Of a stretch of 64,000 bases of DNA, positions 7,640 through 17,008 are shown piece by piece (the stretch's first letter is position 1; each line of letters begins with the position of its first letter). The stretch lies in the IMG/VR virus record IMGVR_UViG_3300048907_000336. One strand, given 5' to 3'. The translations under genes and the position numbers were made by a program. A model generated the notes under the pieces. It searched no databases. It saw only the letters and a list, made by a program, of their open reading frames with translations, and was not told where the DNA came from. This DNA comes from a virus.

Positions 7640-9082
7640 ATGCAGACCGCTGTTCTCGACAAGTCGCAAATCTATCGCGGGGTGATGATCACCAAGGAAG
7701 CCCCTTCCGATATCAAGACCGGCGAAGCGGCCGCCGAAATGCTGCTGAAAGAGTTGGCTGATGTCACTGCGGCGATGCAGAAGACCAAGGCCGACATCGA
7801 CAAGCAATACACTGAACTTAACAACCACTACTCCGGCGTCAAAGCCGACAACGAGACCCTCAAGAAGACGGTCGAGCAGCACGGCAAGGAGTACGCCGAT
7901 CAGATCGTCAAGCTGCAGACGCTGACCCAGGCGTACGACCAGATCAAAAAGGAACTCGACGCCCCGATCATCAGAGGCGGCAAGGATCTGGAGGATTCGG
8001 ACACCCGGGCCGCCATTGAGTGTCAGCGCCGGGCGTTTCTGTTCAAGGGCGGCACCGAGGACGAGTTCGTCCCCAACACAGACAACCTGATCGTCGCCAA
8101 GCACTACCGCTCGGCGGTCAGGAAGCTGATGAAGGTCGGCATCGAGCCGCGCCAGAAGATCATTCGCTCGTTCACCGAGATGGAGACCAAGGCGTTCGAG
8201 GCGTCGTCGCTGGATTCGGCGTTCTTCTCGCCGGAGCTGCTCGGCATCGAGATCGATTGTATCGTGACCTGCGCTGAGTTGCTGGATCTGTATTCCAGCG
8301 TCACCGTCGGCAAGTCGTCGTTCATGTATCCTCGCGTCAACGACTACGGCGCGATTGGTCAGTACGACTGCGATGCCAAATGCGATGCTGAGTTCGGCCC
8401 CGAGGGCAACATTCAGTATCTCAACGGCAAGACCTACGATTGGCGCGGCGTGTTCTGCTTCCAGCGCAAAGTGCTGGCCGAAGCCAACTACGATCTGCTT
8501 GGCTTCATGTACCGGGCGGCGCAGCGCGCCTACCGCATCGCGCGCAATCAGGCACTGATGATCGGCGACGGCCAGAACATGCCGCTGGGCTGGATGAAGG
8601 CCGACAATTGCTTCCAGGTGCGCACCACGGCGTCGGCGGCGGTGACGCACGTCGAATTCCGCGCCATCTACTCGTCGATCCCGGTGGAGTACGGCGGCCC
8701 GATCACGGCGGTGATGCACCAGAATGCGTTCACCCATCTGGCGACCCAGACCGACAGCATCGGCCGGTTCTTGTTCGGCGACGGCATCATGGCGTACTCG
8801 CCTGCCAATGTCAGCGAGAACATCCGTATCTCGAACTGCCTGTTCGACCCGACGCACAACCTCACTGTCGGTTCTGGCGGCAGCCCGCTGATCTCCGGCG
8901 ATTTCTTCTGCGCGGTGGGCAACTGGAAGATGGCGTACTACGCCGTCAGCAAACGGCCGCTCTGGATCGAGCAGTGGGAAGGCAAGTCGAGCGCGTGGTG
9001 CGTGGCCTATGCGCTCGGGGCCGAGGATGGCGGCTTCATCGGCTGCTGCCGGGCCGCCACCATCCTCAACGTCGGGCCGTAA
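7640..9082 (+). CDS. major capsid protein (HK97 fold) with coiled-coil N-terminal delta domain
   Basis: Follows the protease; helical N-terminus, then a capsid core (RNQALMIGDGQNMPLG); 480 aa. Confidence 0.88.
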   Translation: MQTAVLDKSQIYRGVMITKEAPSDIKTGEAAAEMLLKELADVTAAMQKTKADIDKQYTELNNHYSGVKADNETLKKTVEQHGKEYADQIVKLQTLTQAYDQIKKELDAPIIRGGKDLEDSDTRAAIECQRRAFLFKGGTEDEFVPNTDNLIVAKHYRSAVRKLMKVGIEPRQKIIRSFTEMETKAFEASSLDSAFFSPELLGIEIDCIVTCAELLDLYSSVTVGKSSFMYPRVNDYGAIGQYDCDAKCDAEFGPEGNIQYLNGKTYDWRGVFCFQRKVLAEANYDLLGFMYRAAQRAYRIARNQALMIGDGQNMPLGWMKADNCFQVRTTASAAVTHVEFRAIYSSIPVEYGGPITAVMHQNAFTHLATQTDSIGRFLFGDGIMAYSPANVSENIRISNCLFDPTHNLTVGSGGSPLISGDFFCAVGNWKMAYYAVSKRPLWIEQWEGKSSAWCVAYALGAEDGGFIGCCRAATILNVGP

Positions 9083-9109
9083 TCCCCTCATTCAGAAGGA
9101 AACCCATCC

Positions 9110-9514
9110 ATGCAGTTCAACTACGCGATTCAGAACGCGGGCGTCCTGACTTGGGACGGCACTGCGTCGCACCCGGTCGATGTGCGCGGCTATAACGGCT
9201 ACGCCTTCACCTTCACGGTCACTGCCGATCTCGCGGCCGACGCCGTGATCAACATCCAGGCGGCTCCCGCCGGGAGCCCCGACCCGTGCGTGCCCGGCAC
9301 CTTTGCCGACGTGCCGGAGGTTCTGACCTGTGTCGCCGATTGGGGCGCAGTGCCGGGGCCGCAGAGCACGATCACCGTTCCTTCGGGCACCAAGAAGGGA
9401 GCGCGCTGCACCGCAGGCATTCCCTGCCCGGTGGGTGCGTTCGTCCAGGCCGTGCCGACCGCTGGCGGGGCCAGTCTGATCGGTGTCGTGACCCTGCACG
9501 GGCCGCAGCACTGA
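9110..9514 (+). CDS. putative head decoration/structural protein
   Basis: Directly after the capsid gene with AGAAGGA RBS; beta-rich with 4 Cys. Confidence 0.55.
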   Translation: MQFNYAIQNAGVLTWDGTASHPVDVRGYNGYAFTFTVTADLAADAVINIQAAPAGSPDPCVPGTFADVPEVLTCVADWGAVPGPQSTITVPSGTKKGARCTAGIPCPVGAFVQAVPTAGGASLIGVVTLHGPQH

Positions 9515-9918
9515 TGCGTGTCGAGGTCGGCAAGGCTCTGACGGTGGCTCACGGTGATGAGGTTACACTCACCGCGAAGCTGGTGCGCTCTGCCGACCTC
9601 GCACGTCTGTTCGTGTTTGCCCGGGAAGAAGGCAACGACTGTTTCATTCCCTTCATCCCGGGTTTGAACGACAAGCTGAACGCCATCGGCCCCAGCGAGC
9701 CGATGTTGCTGACGCCGCTGCAGATGCGGCTGACCGATCAGCATCGCACCAAGACCCTGAAGTTCACCGCCGACATCGACGGCGAGATCCAGGTGATGCA
9801 GGAGATCGATGTCGCCACCGATGTGCGTGCCCAGGTGCGACTGAAGAGCAGCCCTGGCTATGTCAAAAACTGGATGCGCCGTTGGCTGAAGAATTCAAAG
9901 AGCCTCTCGATCCCGTAA
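9514..9918 (+). CDS. hypothetical protein
   Basis: TGATG coupling to the upstream stop. Confidence 0.5.
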   Translation: MRVEVGKALTVAHGDEVTLTAKLVRSADLARLFVFAREEGNDCFIPFIPGLNDKLNAIGPSEPMLLTPLQMRLTDQHRTKTLKFTADIDGEIQVMQEIDVATDVRAQVRLKSSPGYVKNWMRRWLKNSKSLSIP

Positions 9919-10172
9919 CCGGCAGCAACAAGTCGGGCTTGACCGGCGTTGTCATGCTGCACATTAACGGCGTCGAGAAAGGCACCACCAATTGGTTTCG
10001 GTTCAAGGCTTCCGACGACAATTACTTCAAGGTCGAATGGCCGGTCGAGCAGGGGATGTACGTCGTTCTCAAATCTGAAATCGCACGCACACTGATCAAC
10101 CGGAAGTGGGCGCGGGCGATGACGGCGGCGGAAATCGCCGAATGCAACGAGTCTCTAAAGGAGGACCAGTAA
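9882..10172 (+). CDS. hypothetical protein
   Basis: ORF in the operon with phage-like codon usage. Confidence 0.5.
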   Translation: MAEEFKEPLDPVTGSNKSGLTGVVMLHINGVEKGTTNWFRFKASDDNYFKVEWPVEQGMYVVLKSEIARTLINRKWARAMTAAEIAECNESLKEDQ

Positions 10173-10325
10173 ATGACTTTGCCAACGACTTGCACGCCGC
10201 CTTGCGGCGGGTCCAACGCTCTGCCGCTGGCGGTGCCAGCCTGCTTCGCTTGCCCGCCGACGGCATTGGCGTTCGGGCAGGCCAATGTGCCGGAACAGAA
10301 GACCGAGAATACCACGACTAAGTGA
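10173..10325 (+). CDS. 50 aa Cys/Pro/Thr-rich peptide (absent from the ORF track)
   Basis: AAGGAGG RBS; MTLPTTCTPPCGGSNALPLAVPACFACPP...TTTK*. Confidence 0.5.
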   Translation: MTLPTTCTPPCGGSNALPLAVPACFACPPTALAFGQANVPEQKTENTTTK

Positions 10326-10363
10326 TCGACACACTGCCGAGGTCTTATTGGAGGCGTAGAGCT

Positions 10364-11080
10364 ATGCTGCAGTTCACCATCGATGCGGCCCCGGCAGTGC
10401 AGACGCCTGACACCTGTCAGACCTGCTGCTGCGATGTCATTCAGATGCGGCCGGGCACCACCGAGAAGATCGCCATCGACTACACGATGTGGGTCGCCAA
10501 TGTCGGCAGGCTGCACTGCGTCCCGCAGTTTCAGCTTGAGCAACAAGCGACCTGCGGGGTGTCGGGTGGAGCAAACCTCCCGCCCCAACCGGCACCCCAG
10601 GTGGCATTCACCACCGCGATCAACACCGTGCTGAACGGCGATCTCGGCACCCTGGTGACCGACCCCGAAGGTGACCCGCTGACGTTCAAGCTGGTGTACT
10701 GGCCCTATGGCCTGCAGAAAGGCAGCGTAGCCATCGACCCCAGCGGCACCTTCGTCTACACGCCGCTGGCCAACGCGCAGGGCATCGACCGCTTCTATGC
10801 ATCGGTCAGCGACGGCATCAACGCAGCGGTGGTTTTCGAGGCGATTGTCGGCGTCGGCCAGCCGATCACCAACGTCGCCAACACCCCGCACGTGTCGGTG
10901 CTGCAGGACGGCGTGCAGATCAACTACAACTACAATCGCGTGTCGTTTCCGTTGCAGGTCACGCCAGCAGCGCAGTTGTGCGAGGTCTGGCGGCTCAATG
11001 TCTATCAGGGCGCAATCGACTGCGAGAACGTTTGCTACAATCGCGTCGATTGCTACGACATCAGGCTAGCTAAGTGCTGA
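10364..11080 (+). CDS. Ig-like/cadherin-like (Big_9-type) virion protein
   Basis: VTDPEGDPLTF...GSVAIDPSGTFVYTP...GIDRFYASVSDG; GGAGG RBS; flanking Cys clusters. Confidence 0.7.
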   Translation: MLQFTIDAAPAVQTPDTCQTCCCDVIQMRPGTTEKIAIDYTMWVANVGRLHCVPQFQLEQQATCGVSGGANLPPQPAPQVAFTTAINTVLNGDLGTLVTDPEGDPLTFKLVYWPYGLQKGSVAIDPSGTFVYTPLANAQGIDRFYASVSDGINAAVVFEAIVGVGQPITNVANTPHVSVLQDGVQINYNYNRVSFPLQVTPAAQLCEVWRLNVYQGAIDCENVCYNRVDCYDIRLAKC

Positions 11081-11829
11081 ACACGACGACGACTCAGCCC
11101 GCTGGCGACCCGGTCCCGCTTATCATCGGCACCGAGACGCCGCTCGATTGGAGCGGGCGGTTGTCGCTCGATTTGATCAGGCAGCACACCAAGACCGACG
11201 ACATTCCCGGCACCACTGACGCGCTGCTGGCGACGTACCGCGCCGCTGCGGTCGAGGCTGCCGAGTTCTACACCGGCTTGCTGCTGTCGGCGCAGAAGGT
11301 CATCCAGGAGCCGGTTCACGGTCCTGCCTTTCCACGGCACCATCACCATGCCAGCCCCTACGGCTATCATCTGCAGCCGTCGTTTGGGCTGGTGCCGGTC
11401 AAGCCGTATTATCGGGTGCGGCTGCAGTACGCGGTGTCCGACGGCATCGTCTACATCTCCGGCGGCCAGCATCCCGGCACCAACATGCCGATACGGGTGA
11501 AGCCCGGCACCCGCAGTTTTCAGATGCCGATACGTTACGGCTATCTCGATCTCACCAATTGCTGCAACCCGTGTTCTGAATATCGGCCCAATGCCGGGAT
11601 GCTGGCGACCTACCGGGCGGGCTATGCGTCGGCGGCCGACGTGCCGAACGGCGTCGTGCTGGGCTGCCTGCAATACATCGCCTGGGTGCTGCAGCATCCT
11701 GGTGATGAGATCTTGACGGTGCGCAATCGCCGTGACGCGCGTTCTGAAGGGGCTATGGGCACCAACAACATCGCCATCGCTTCCGGCGCGCTGGAGACGT
11801 GGCGTATTTTAGATACAGACATCCTATGA
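11074..11829 (+). CDS. head-tail connector (gp6-like)
   Basis: LLATYRAAAVEAAEFYTG and YRAGYASAADVPNGVVLGCLQYIAW; position. Confidence 0.75.
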   Translation: MLNTTTTQPAGDPVPLIIGTETPLDWSGRLSLDLIRQHTKTDDIPGTTDALLATYRAAAVEAAEFYTGLLLSAQKVIQEPVHGPAFPRHHHHASPYGYHLQPSFGLVPVKPYYRVRLQYAVSDGIVYISGGQHPGTNMPIRVKPGTRSFQMPIRYGYLDLTNCCNPCSEYRPNAGMLATYRAGYASAADVPNGVVLGCLQYIAWVLQHPGDEILTVRNRRDARSEGAMGTNNIAIASGALETWRILDTDIL

Positions 11830-12050
11830 CCGAGTTGGGAGAAGAACACCTGATGTCCGCCGAGATTATGCAATTCTTCAGTTACGAACATCTGCCCACC
11901 GACTTGCAGGCGGTTAGCCAAGCGTTCAAGGAATTGGCGGAAGAGATGTACTACAATTTGCCTGCCAATGCCGAACGCACTGCGGCATTGCGTAAGCTGC
12001 TTGAGGCTAAGGACTGCGCGGTGCGCGCCAAGATTTACAAGGTGGTGTAG
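11826..12050 (+). CDS. small helical-hairpin phage protein
   Basis: QFFSYEHLP...LPANAERTAALRKLLEAKDCAVRA, a widespread phage motif; alternative start 11853. Confidence 0.65.
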   Translation: MTELGEEHLMSAEIMQFFSYEHLPTDLQAVSQAFKELAEEMYYNLPANAERTAALRKLLEAKDCAVRAKIYKVV

Positions 12051-12051
12051 G

Positions 12052-12492
12052 TTGTTCGAACTCGCTAAACCGCAAATCAAGATCGCCGACTTGAAGCGGC
12101 GCATTGCGTTGTGCACGCAGAACGATGTCGTTACCGAGAACGGCATGATGGTGCTGTCGCGCAACCCGGTGACCTGGGTATGGGCGCGCATCGACGATGC
12201 GTTGAACCTGCCGTCGTTCCAATCGACCGCTGGGTATTCGTTCAAAGAGAGCTACAACGCCTGGAAGACGCACCGCATCATCATTCGCTCACGAACGTGG
12301 CTCGAACTCAGCTCGATGGCGTGGATTTACGAAGAACGGCTGAAGACCTCACCGCGCTGGTACAAGTATCTCGGCTTCGATGATGCCGACGAGTGGATCT
12401 TGCTGAGCACGCACCTGATCGAGCGGTCGCCGGATGTGCTGCCGCCGATCAACAACATATTGCAGCCGCAACCCAGTAACGTGCGACTCTGA
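12052..12492 (+). CDS. head closure/adaptor protein
   Basis: IADLKRRIALC, VWARID, THRIIIR; position; TTG start inferred. Confidence 0.6.
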   Translation: MFELAKPQIKIADLKRRIALCTQNDVVTENGMMVLSRNPVTWVWARIDDALNLPSFQSTAGYSFKESYNAWKTHRIIIRSRTWLELSSMAWIYEERLKTSPRWYKYLGFDDADEWILLSTHLIERSPDVLPPINNILQPQPSNVRL

Positions 12493-12866
12493 TGGCAGGG
12501 ATCCAGATCATCTTCACGCCGTGGGCTCCGTTCCACGCTCGCAAAGACCCTAATGCGGTCCATCGTTGGCTCGACGCTATTGGCACCGCTTCCGAGGAAG
12601 CCTTCCGCAACGGCATGGGCCAATACCCGGGGCCGTCGGCTCCCGGCGCTTGGCCGAATTCGCGCACCGGCAATCTAAGGCGCACGATCAGGTCGGAAGT
12701 CACGGTTGACGAAGTGACAGTCGGCACCAGCATGCATTATTCGTTCTATCTGCGTGGAGGCACCAGCAAGATGGCGCGGCGCAAGATGAGCGATGATGCG
12801 CTGAAGGAAGGCATTGCAAAAAGCCAGGGCGCTTTGGGCCGTTGGGTACAGTGGGTTCACGGTTGA
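12492..12866 (+). CDS. HK97 gp10-like neck/tail protein
   Basis: SAPGAWPNSRTGNLRRTI and YSFYLRGGTSKMARR. Confidence 0.7.
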   Translation: MAGIQIIFTPWAPFHARKDPNAVHRWLDAIGTASEEAFRNGMGQYPGPSAPGAWPNSRTGNLRRTIRSEVTVDEVTVGTSMHYSFYLRGGTSKMARRKMSDDALKEGIAKSQGALGRWVQWVHG

Positions 12867-12867
12867 G

Positions 12868-12957
12868 ATGCGGCCGCCTCCATACATTTTGATTATGTTG
12901 GCGATGGTCGTTGTAGCTCTAGTGCTGATGTTCTTCATCATTCCAGCGGTTAGATGA
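12868..12957 (+). CDS. 29 aa single-TM peptide (absent from the ORF track)
   Basis: MRPPPYILIMLAMVVVALVLMFFIIPAVR*; ATGA overlap with the next gene. Confidence 0.4.
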   Translation: MRPPPYILIMLAMVVVALVLMFFIIPAVR

Positions 12958-13577
12958 ACGTCGTCGATCAAGACGCATTCCAAGTTTCTCCTACCAGCGA
13001 CATCCGGCTCCTGCCTGCGCTTGCCGAAGCCATCGCCGAGTGGTTCCCGGAATTAGAGGGCCGGTCGCTGGCGGTATCCGATGCAACTATCACCAAAGAA
13101 AACACCCCGACGCTGCCGCTGGTGATGTGCGGGTTTGTTAAAAGCATGGGGAAGTCGCCTTCGAATAGTTACAACGGCATCGTCAATGTCGAAGATACGT
13201 TCGTTGTCGAGTTCTGGCTCAAGCCGGTGCGATATAAGAACGACAAAGGCGAGACCCCGTTCTGGTCGTATTATCCCTACGAACAGATACGTGACACGCT
13301 GCTGACCAACATCACGCGCTGGCCGACGCCGAATGGCGAGCGCATCGCTTACCGCGCCATGCATCTCACCGCCGACCCATTCGCGGTGACGCTGACTTTC
13401 GGGTTCATCGCGTCGTTCCAGTGGTGTGCGTCCAACCCGCCGCAAGGCGACCCGTTCAAGATCAGCTTTAATCTCTGTCCACCTCCGGGCATTTGTTGGC
13501 CTGACGAAGTGAACATTTCGGCCGACGGAAATCCGTCTGAGAGGAGTTTAAGACGATGGAAGCAGCACACGCCGTAG
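12954..13577 (+). CDS. putative tail completion/terminator protein
   Basis: Position between the gp10-like gene and the sheath. Confidence 0.5.
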   Translation: MNVVDQDAFQVSPTSDIRLLPALAEAIAEWFPELEGRSLAVSDATITKENTPTLPLVMCGFVKSMGKSPSNSYNGIVNVEDTFVVEFWLKPVRYKNDKGETPFWSYYPYEQIRDTLLTNITRWPTPNGERIAYRAMHLTADPFAVTLTFGFIASFQWCASNPPQGDPFKISFNLCPPPGICWPDEVNISADGNPSERSLRRWKQHTP

Positions 13578-14134
13578 CGATGGCCGATGCGTCGGTTATT
13601 CGTGGTGCCAGCATTGCTGAAGAGGCTCATGCTTCCGGTATTTACACGTTCGAGTGCTATGACCAGCAGGGCCGGTTGAAGTGGTGCGAAAGCATCCGCA
13701 ATGTCGTTGTCACCGTCGGCAGAAACGCTGCGCTTGACGCTTTCTTGGCTGGCAATCCTTATACGGTGGTCGGGCCTTTCATCGGGCTGATTGCTGCTAC
13801 TGGATACAGTCAGGTGGCGGTCACCGACACCATGGCCTCACATCCGGGATGGTTCGAGGCTGGTGGCGGCACCGACCCGAAGTACAGCAACACGCGCCCT
13901 ACTACGGTGTTCGCCGCCGCTGCTAACGCTACTAAGACGCTGAGCAGCTACGCGCAGTTCACCTTCACCACGGCGGGGGCGCTCAAAGGCGCATTCTTGG
14001 TGTTCGGTGCCGGTGCGACCAATGTTCAGGACAGCACTACCGGCGTCCTTTATTCGGCTAGTACTTTTGTTACTGGCGACAAAACAATCCAAGTTAACGA
14101 CGTGCTGAACGTCAACTATTCGGCATCGATGTGA
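13556..14134 (+). CDS. virion structural protein (fibre-attachment-like family)
   Basis: GIYTFECYDQQGRLKW.ESIRNVVVTVG...GAFLV pattern seen in tail-associated phage proteins. Confidence 0.55.
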   Translation: MEAAHAVAMADASVIRGASIAEEAHASGIYTFECYDQQGRLKWCESIRNVVVTVGRNAALDAFLAGNPYTVVGPFIGLIAATGYSQVAVTDTMASHPGWFEAGGGTDPKYSNTRPTTVFAAAANATKTLSSYAQFTFTTAGALKGAFLVFGAGATNVQDSTTGVLYSASTFVTGDKTIQVNDVLNVNYSASM

Positions 14135-14172
14135 GTATCAGCATCGGTTTTGGCAAGAAGAGGAGGCCCAAT

Positions 14173-14364
14173 GTGGCAATGATCTACGTGAAGACCGTGG
14201 AAGGCCGCAGGGCCTACTACGAAGGCCGAATTATCCCAACAGATAAGTTCGTGCCGGTGCCGGATGTGCCGTTCATTCGGCGGCTGATCGATCACCATCA
14301 TGATTTGGAAGTGCGTGATCGCGATCAGTACGAGACCAAGCGCAAGAAACCGGCTGCCGACTAA
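14173..14364 (+). CDS. DUF2635 / Mu gp38-like small protein
   Basis: AGGAGG RBS then GTG; FVPVPDVPFIRRLI..DL; immediately before a Mu-like sheath. Confidence 0.6.
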   Translation: MAMIYVKTVEGRRAYYEGRIIPTDKFVPVPDVPFIRRLIDHHHDLEVRDRDQYETKRKKPAAD

Positions 14365-14403
14365 GCAGCCATCCCGTTCACTGTTGCAAAGGAGTGACCT
14401 TTC

Positions 14404-15927
14404 ATGGCGATTGACTCCCTGCGCTCCGGCGCAATCAGGATCTGCTTCGATCCCTCGCTGAATGCCTACCCGTCGAAGTGCCGGGTGCTGGTCGAGGGTC
14501 AGATGCTCGACACCGGCGATGCCGACCCCGATACGCTGCGCAAGATTCCGGCGTTGCGCGATGTCGATACTTTGTTCGGCGCGGGCAGCGTCATTTCCGA
14601 AGGCTTGAAGACGGCGTTCGGCTGCTGCCCGACCCAGGCGATGGAATTCTACGCGCTGCCGCGTCAGGACGCCGATGTCGGAGCCACGGCGGCAGCGGTG
14701 TACACCATCACCTTTACCGGCACCGCCACCTCCGACGGCCGGGTCGACATCTTCATCGCCGATGGCCGCTGGAATACTTCGACGCTGGTGCACGAGAACG
14801 ATGTCCCGCTCGACATCGCCACGGCGGTGGCGGCGGCGCTGAATGTTGACCCGACGCTGCCGTTCACGGTGACTGCCGCCACCGGCACGGTGACGTTGAC
14901 GGCGAAGAACAAGGGCACCGTCGGCAACGGCATGATGCCGATCTTCAACTGGCATCAACGGCTTAACTACGCGCCTGCGGGCGTCACCGTGGATATCGCG
15001 CAGAGCACCACGGGGTTGAGCAGCGGTGCCGCGAATATTCTCGATTATTCGGCGATCCTGGGTGAGTGCTGCTATTGCTGCATCGCCATGCTCTATGACG
15101 ACACCGCTTGGCAGGACGCGATGATTGCGTACATTGCCGATGCGTGGTCTTGTGATCACCCGCAGTGTTTCGGCCACGGGTACACCTACAACAGCGGCAC
15201 GCTCGGTCAGGTGCTGGCGACCGATACTAACAGCGCCGAAGTCTCGCGCATGGCTTGCTGCGATACCGACCCGCAGCCCGGCTGGCTGAAAGCGGCGGCT
15301 TATGCGGCGTTGTCCTGCTGCTCGACCGTGGACAATCCCGAGATCAACGTGCAGGGACCGCAGTTTGGCGTGCTGACGTGTTTGCGGCAGCCGGAGAGCT
15401 GCTTCCAATGCTGGACTTGGGACGAACAGCAACAGTTGGAGGCGACCGGCTTCGTGGTTACGGTCCCGCTCAACGGCGGCACCGGCGAGATGACGCAGCC
15501 GATGGTCGTCAACGACATCACTAATAACAGGTACGATTCCAACGGTCGCTTGAACGCAACGTGGTGGAATGTCAGTTCGCGGCGTCTTGCGGCGGCTACT
15601 GCCGACGCCGCTGCGATTCAGCTTGGCCGGGTGCTCGGGCTTGGGCTCTACACCAAGAACACCACCATTCCCCCGGGCATTCGCGGCACCAACCCCCGGC
15701 TGATCCTGGGCGCGTTTCGGGCCTGGGCGAAGTCGCAGGTCGGCATCCTGTTCTCGGAGTTCGACAACATCGATACCGACATCGTGCTGCGCACCGATTT
15801 CGAGATCGCGCCGAAGTGTCAGGGCATTCCCGGCAAGCTGTGGTTGGATTTCATCTACCGGCCGCCGGTTCGCATCAGCAACATCATCATCAACGCCAAG
15901 CCTGCGCTGCTTGACAACTGTCACTAA
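14404..15927 (+). CDS. contractile tail sheath protein (Mu gpL-like)
   Basis: 507 aa; TLFGAGSVI, VTLTAKNKGTVGN, LDYSAILG; AAGGAG RBS. Confidence 0.88.
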   Translation: MAIDSLRSGAIRICFDPSLNAYPSKCRVLVEGQMLDTGDADPDTLRKIPALRDVDTLFGAGSVISEGLKTAFGCCPTQAMEFYALPRQDADVGATAAAVYTITFTGTATSDGRVDIFIADGRWNTSTLVHENDVPLDIATAVAAALNVDPTLPFTVTAATGTVTLTAKNKGTVGNGMMPIFNWHQRLNYAPAGVTVDIAQSTTGLSSGAANILDYSAILGECCYCCIAMLYDDTAWQDAMIAYIADAWSCDHPQCFGHGYTYNSGTLGQVLATDTNSAEVSRMACCDTDPQPGWLKAAAYAALSCCSTVDNPEINVQGPQFGVLTCLRQPESCFQCWTWDEQQQLEATGFVVTVPLNGGTGEMTQPMVVNDITNNRYDSNGRLNATWWNVSSRRLAAATADAAAIQLGRVLGLGLYTKNTTIPPGIRGTNPRLILGAFRAWAKSQVGILFSEFDNIDTDIVLRTDFEIAPKCQGIPGKLWLDFIYRPPVRISNIIINAKPALLDNCH

Positions 15928-15930
15928 GCG

Positions 15931-15983
15931 TAGACCTGTGAGAAACCTCGTGTTAAAATTCTCCTGTAGTCGAGTACAGGAGA
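15931..15983 (+). promoter_or_regulatory. putative internal promoter plus RBS-sequestering hairpin for the HNH gene
   Basis: TAGACC-N17-TAAAAT with extended -10 TG; 9 bp stem TCTCCTGTA/TACAGGAGA covering the AGGAG. Confidence 0.5.
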
Positions 15984-15989
15984 TGAGAT

Positions 15990-16541
15990 GTGAGAGAACA
16001 ATGGCGTGCGATTCCAGGCTGTCTATTGCACGAGGTTTCCAACAAAGGTCGTGTTCGAGCTTTACCGGGCGCACTCATCAACAAGCAAGCGGTGTGCAAG
16101 ATTACTCTGCGAAGTACCAAACCTGATGCTTGCGGTTATCCAAGAGTAACAGTGTGCGGGCGTATACGTCATGTTCATGTGCTTGTTCTCACGGTGTGGC
16201 ATCGGCCTCGACGCAAAGGCGAGGAGTGTCGGCATTTGAATGGAAACCCTGCTGATAATCGCTATCCAGAGAACATTGTGTGGGGTACGCGAGCAGAGAA
16301 TCGCCAAGATTTGTTGGGCACAGGGTGGAAGCAGAGAAAGTGGAAGTACCCTGCTGAATCAGTTCGTTGGGGAAATGCTAATCACGCTACCAAGCTCACG
16401 GAAAAGCAGGTAGCGGCAATTCGAGCGGCGGATGGTTCTTGGGGTTTTCGCACTCGATTAGCCAAGAAATACGGCGTGAGCGGAGCAACGATCACAATGA
16501 TCCGTCAAGGCAAGCGCCGAACTTACCCTACACAACCATAG
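15990..16541 (+). CDS. NUMOD4/HNH homing endonuclease
   Basis: EQWRAIPG..EVSNKGRVR, HVHVLV, CRHLNGNPADNR, TKLTEKQV..LAKKYGVS. Confidence 0.9.
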   Translation: MREQWRAIPGCLLHEVSNKGRVRALPGALINKQAVCKITLRSTKPDACGYPRVTVCGRIRHVHVLVLTVWHRPRRKGEECRHLNGNPADNRYPENIVWGTRAENRQDLLGTGWKQRKWKYPAESVRWGNANHATKLTEKQVAAIRAADGSWGFRTRLAKKYGVSGATITMIRQGKRRTYPTQP

Positions 16542-16550
16542 GAGGCAAAA

Positions 16551-17006
16551 TTGACGTGCGACAACCAAGTTGGTGTGAAAAACATCATCATGTCGTTCCG
16601 TGACTGCGACACCGATGTCGTGTACGGCCCGATCTCGCATGTGCTGTCGTCGGAGGATCTGCCGACGTGGCGGTTGTGCGCGTACAACAACGACCCGCTG
16701 CCGCATGGCTATGTCAAACGCAAGCCGACCAACCCGGAGGTCGAGATCAAGGTGATTCGCGATCTCCGCATTCCGCTGGCGATGTACCAAGGCTGTTCCG
16801 ATGTGAACCTGCAGGTTGAGTATTACAACGGGCTGGTCTATTCGGCGGCTAAGGGCACCGGCACCGGCGACGACAAGAGCGACACCCACGAAGTGTCGAT
16901 GAAGATCACCTTCATCGAAATCGACGAAATGCTGCCGCAGGGGACGTTGCAGCCGACGCCGGAATTGGTGCAACCTACCTTCGCTCCAGCCCCTAGCACG
17001 GTCTAG
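16551..17006 (+). CDS. tail tube protein
   Basis: 151 aa following the sheath/HNH; AGGAGG RBS with TTG start. Confidence 0.65.
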   Translation: MTCDNQVGVKNIIMSFRDCDTDVVYGPISHVLSSEDLPTWRLCAYNNDPLPHGYVKRKPTNPEVEIKVIRDLRIPLAMYQGCSDVNLQVEYYNGLVYSAAKGTGTGDDKSDTHEVSMKITFIEIDEMLPQGTLQPTPELVQPTFAPAPSTV

Positions 17007-17008
17007 TC

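Noticed and set aside
14116-16074. Long antisense ORFs (also 7583..9091, 30804..32117, 2889..3980 and similar)
   Set aside because: They are shadow frames of well-supported high-GC genes, with no motifs or RBS.
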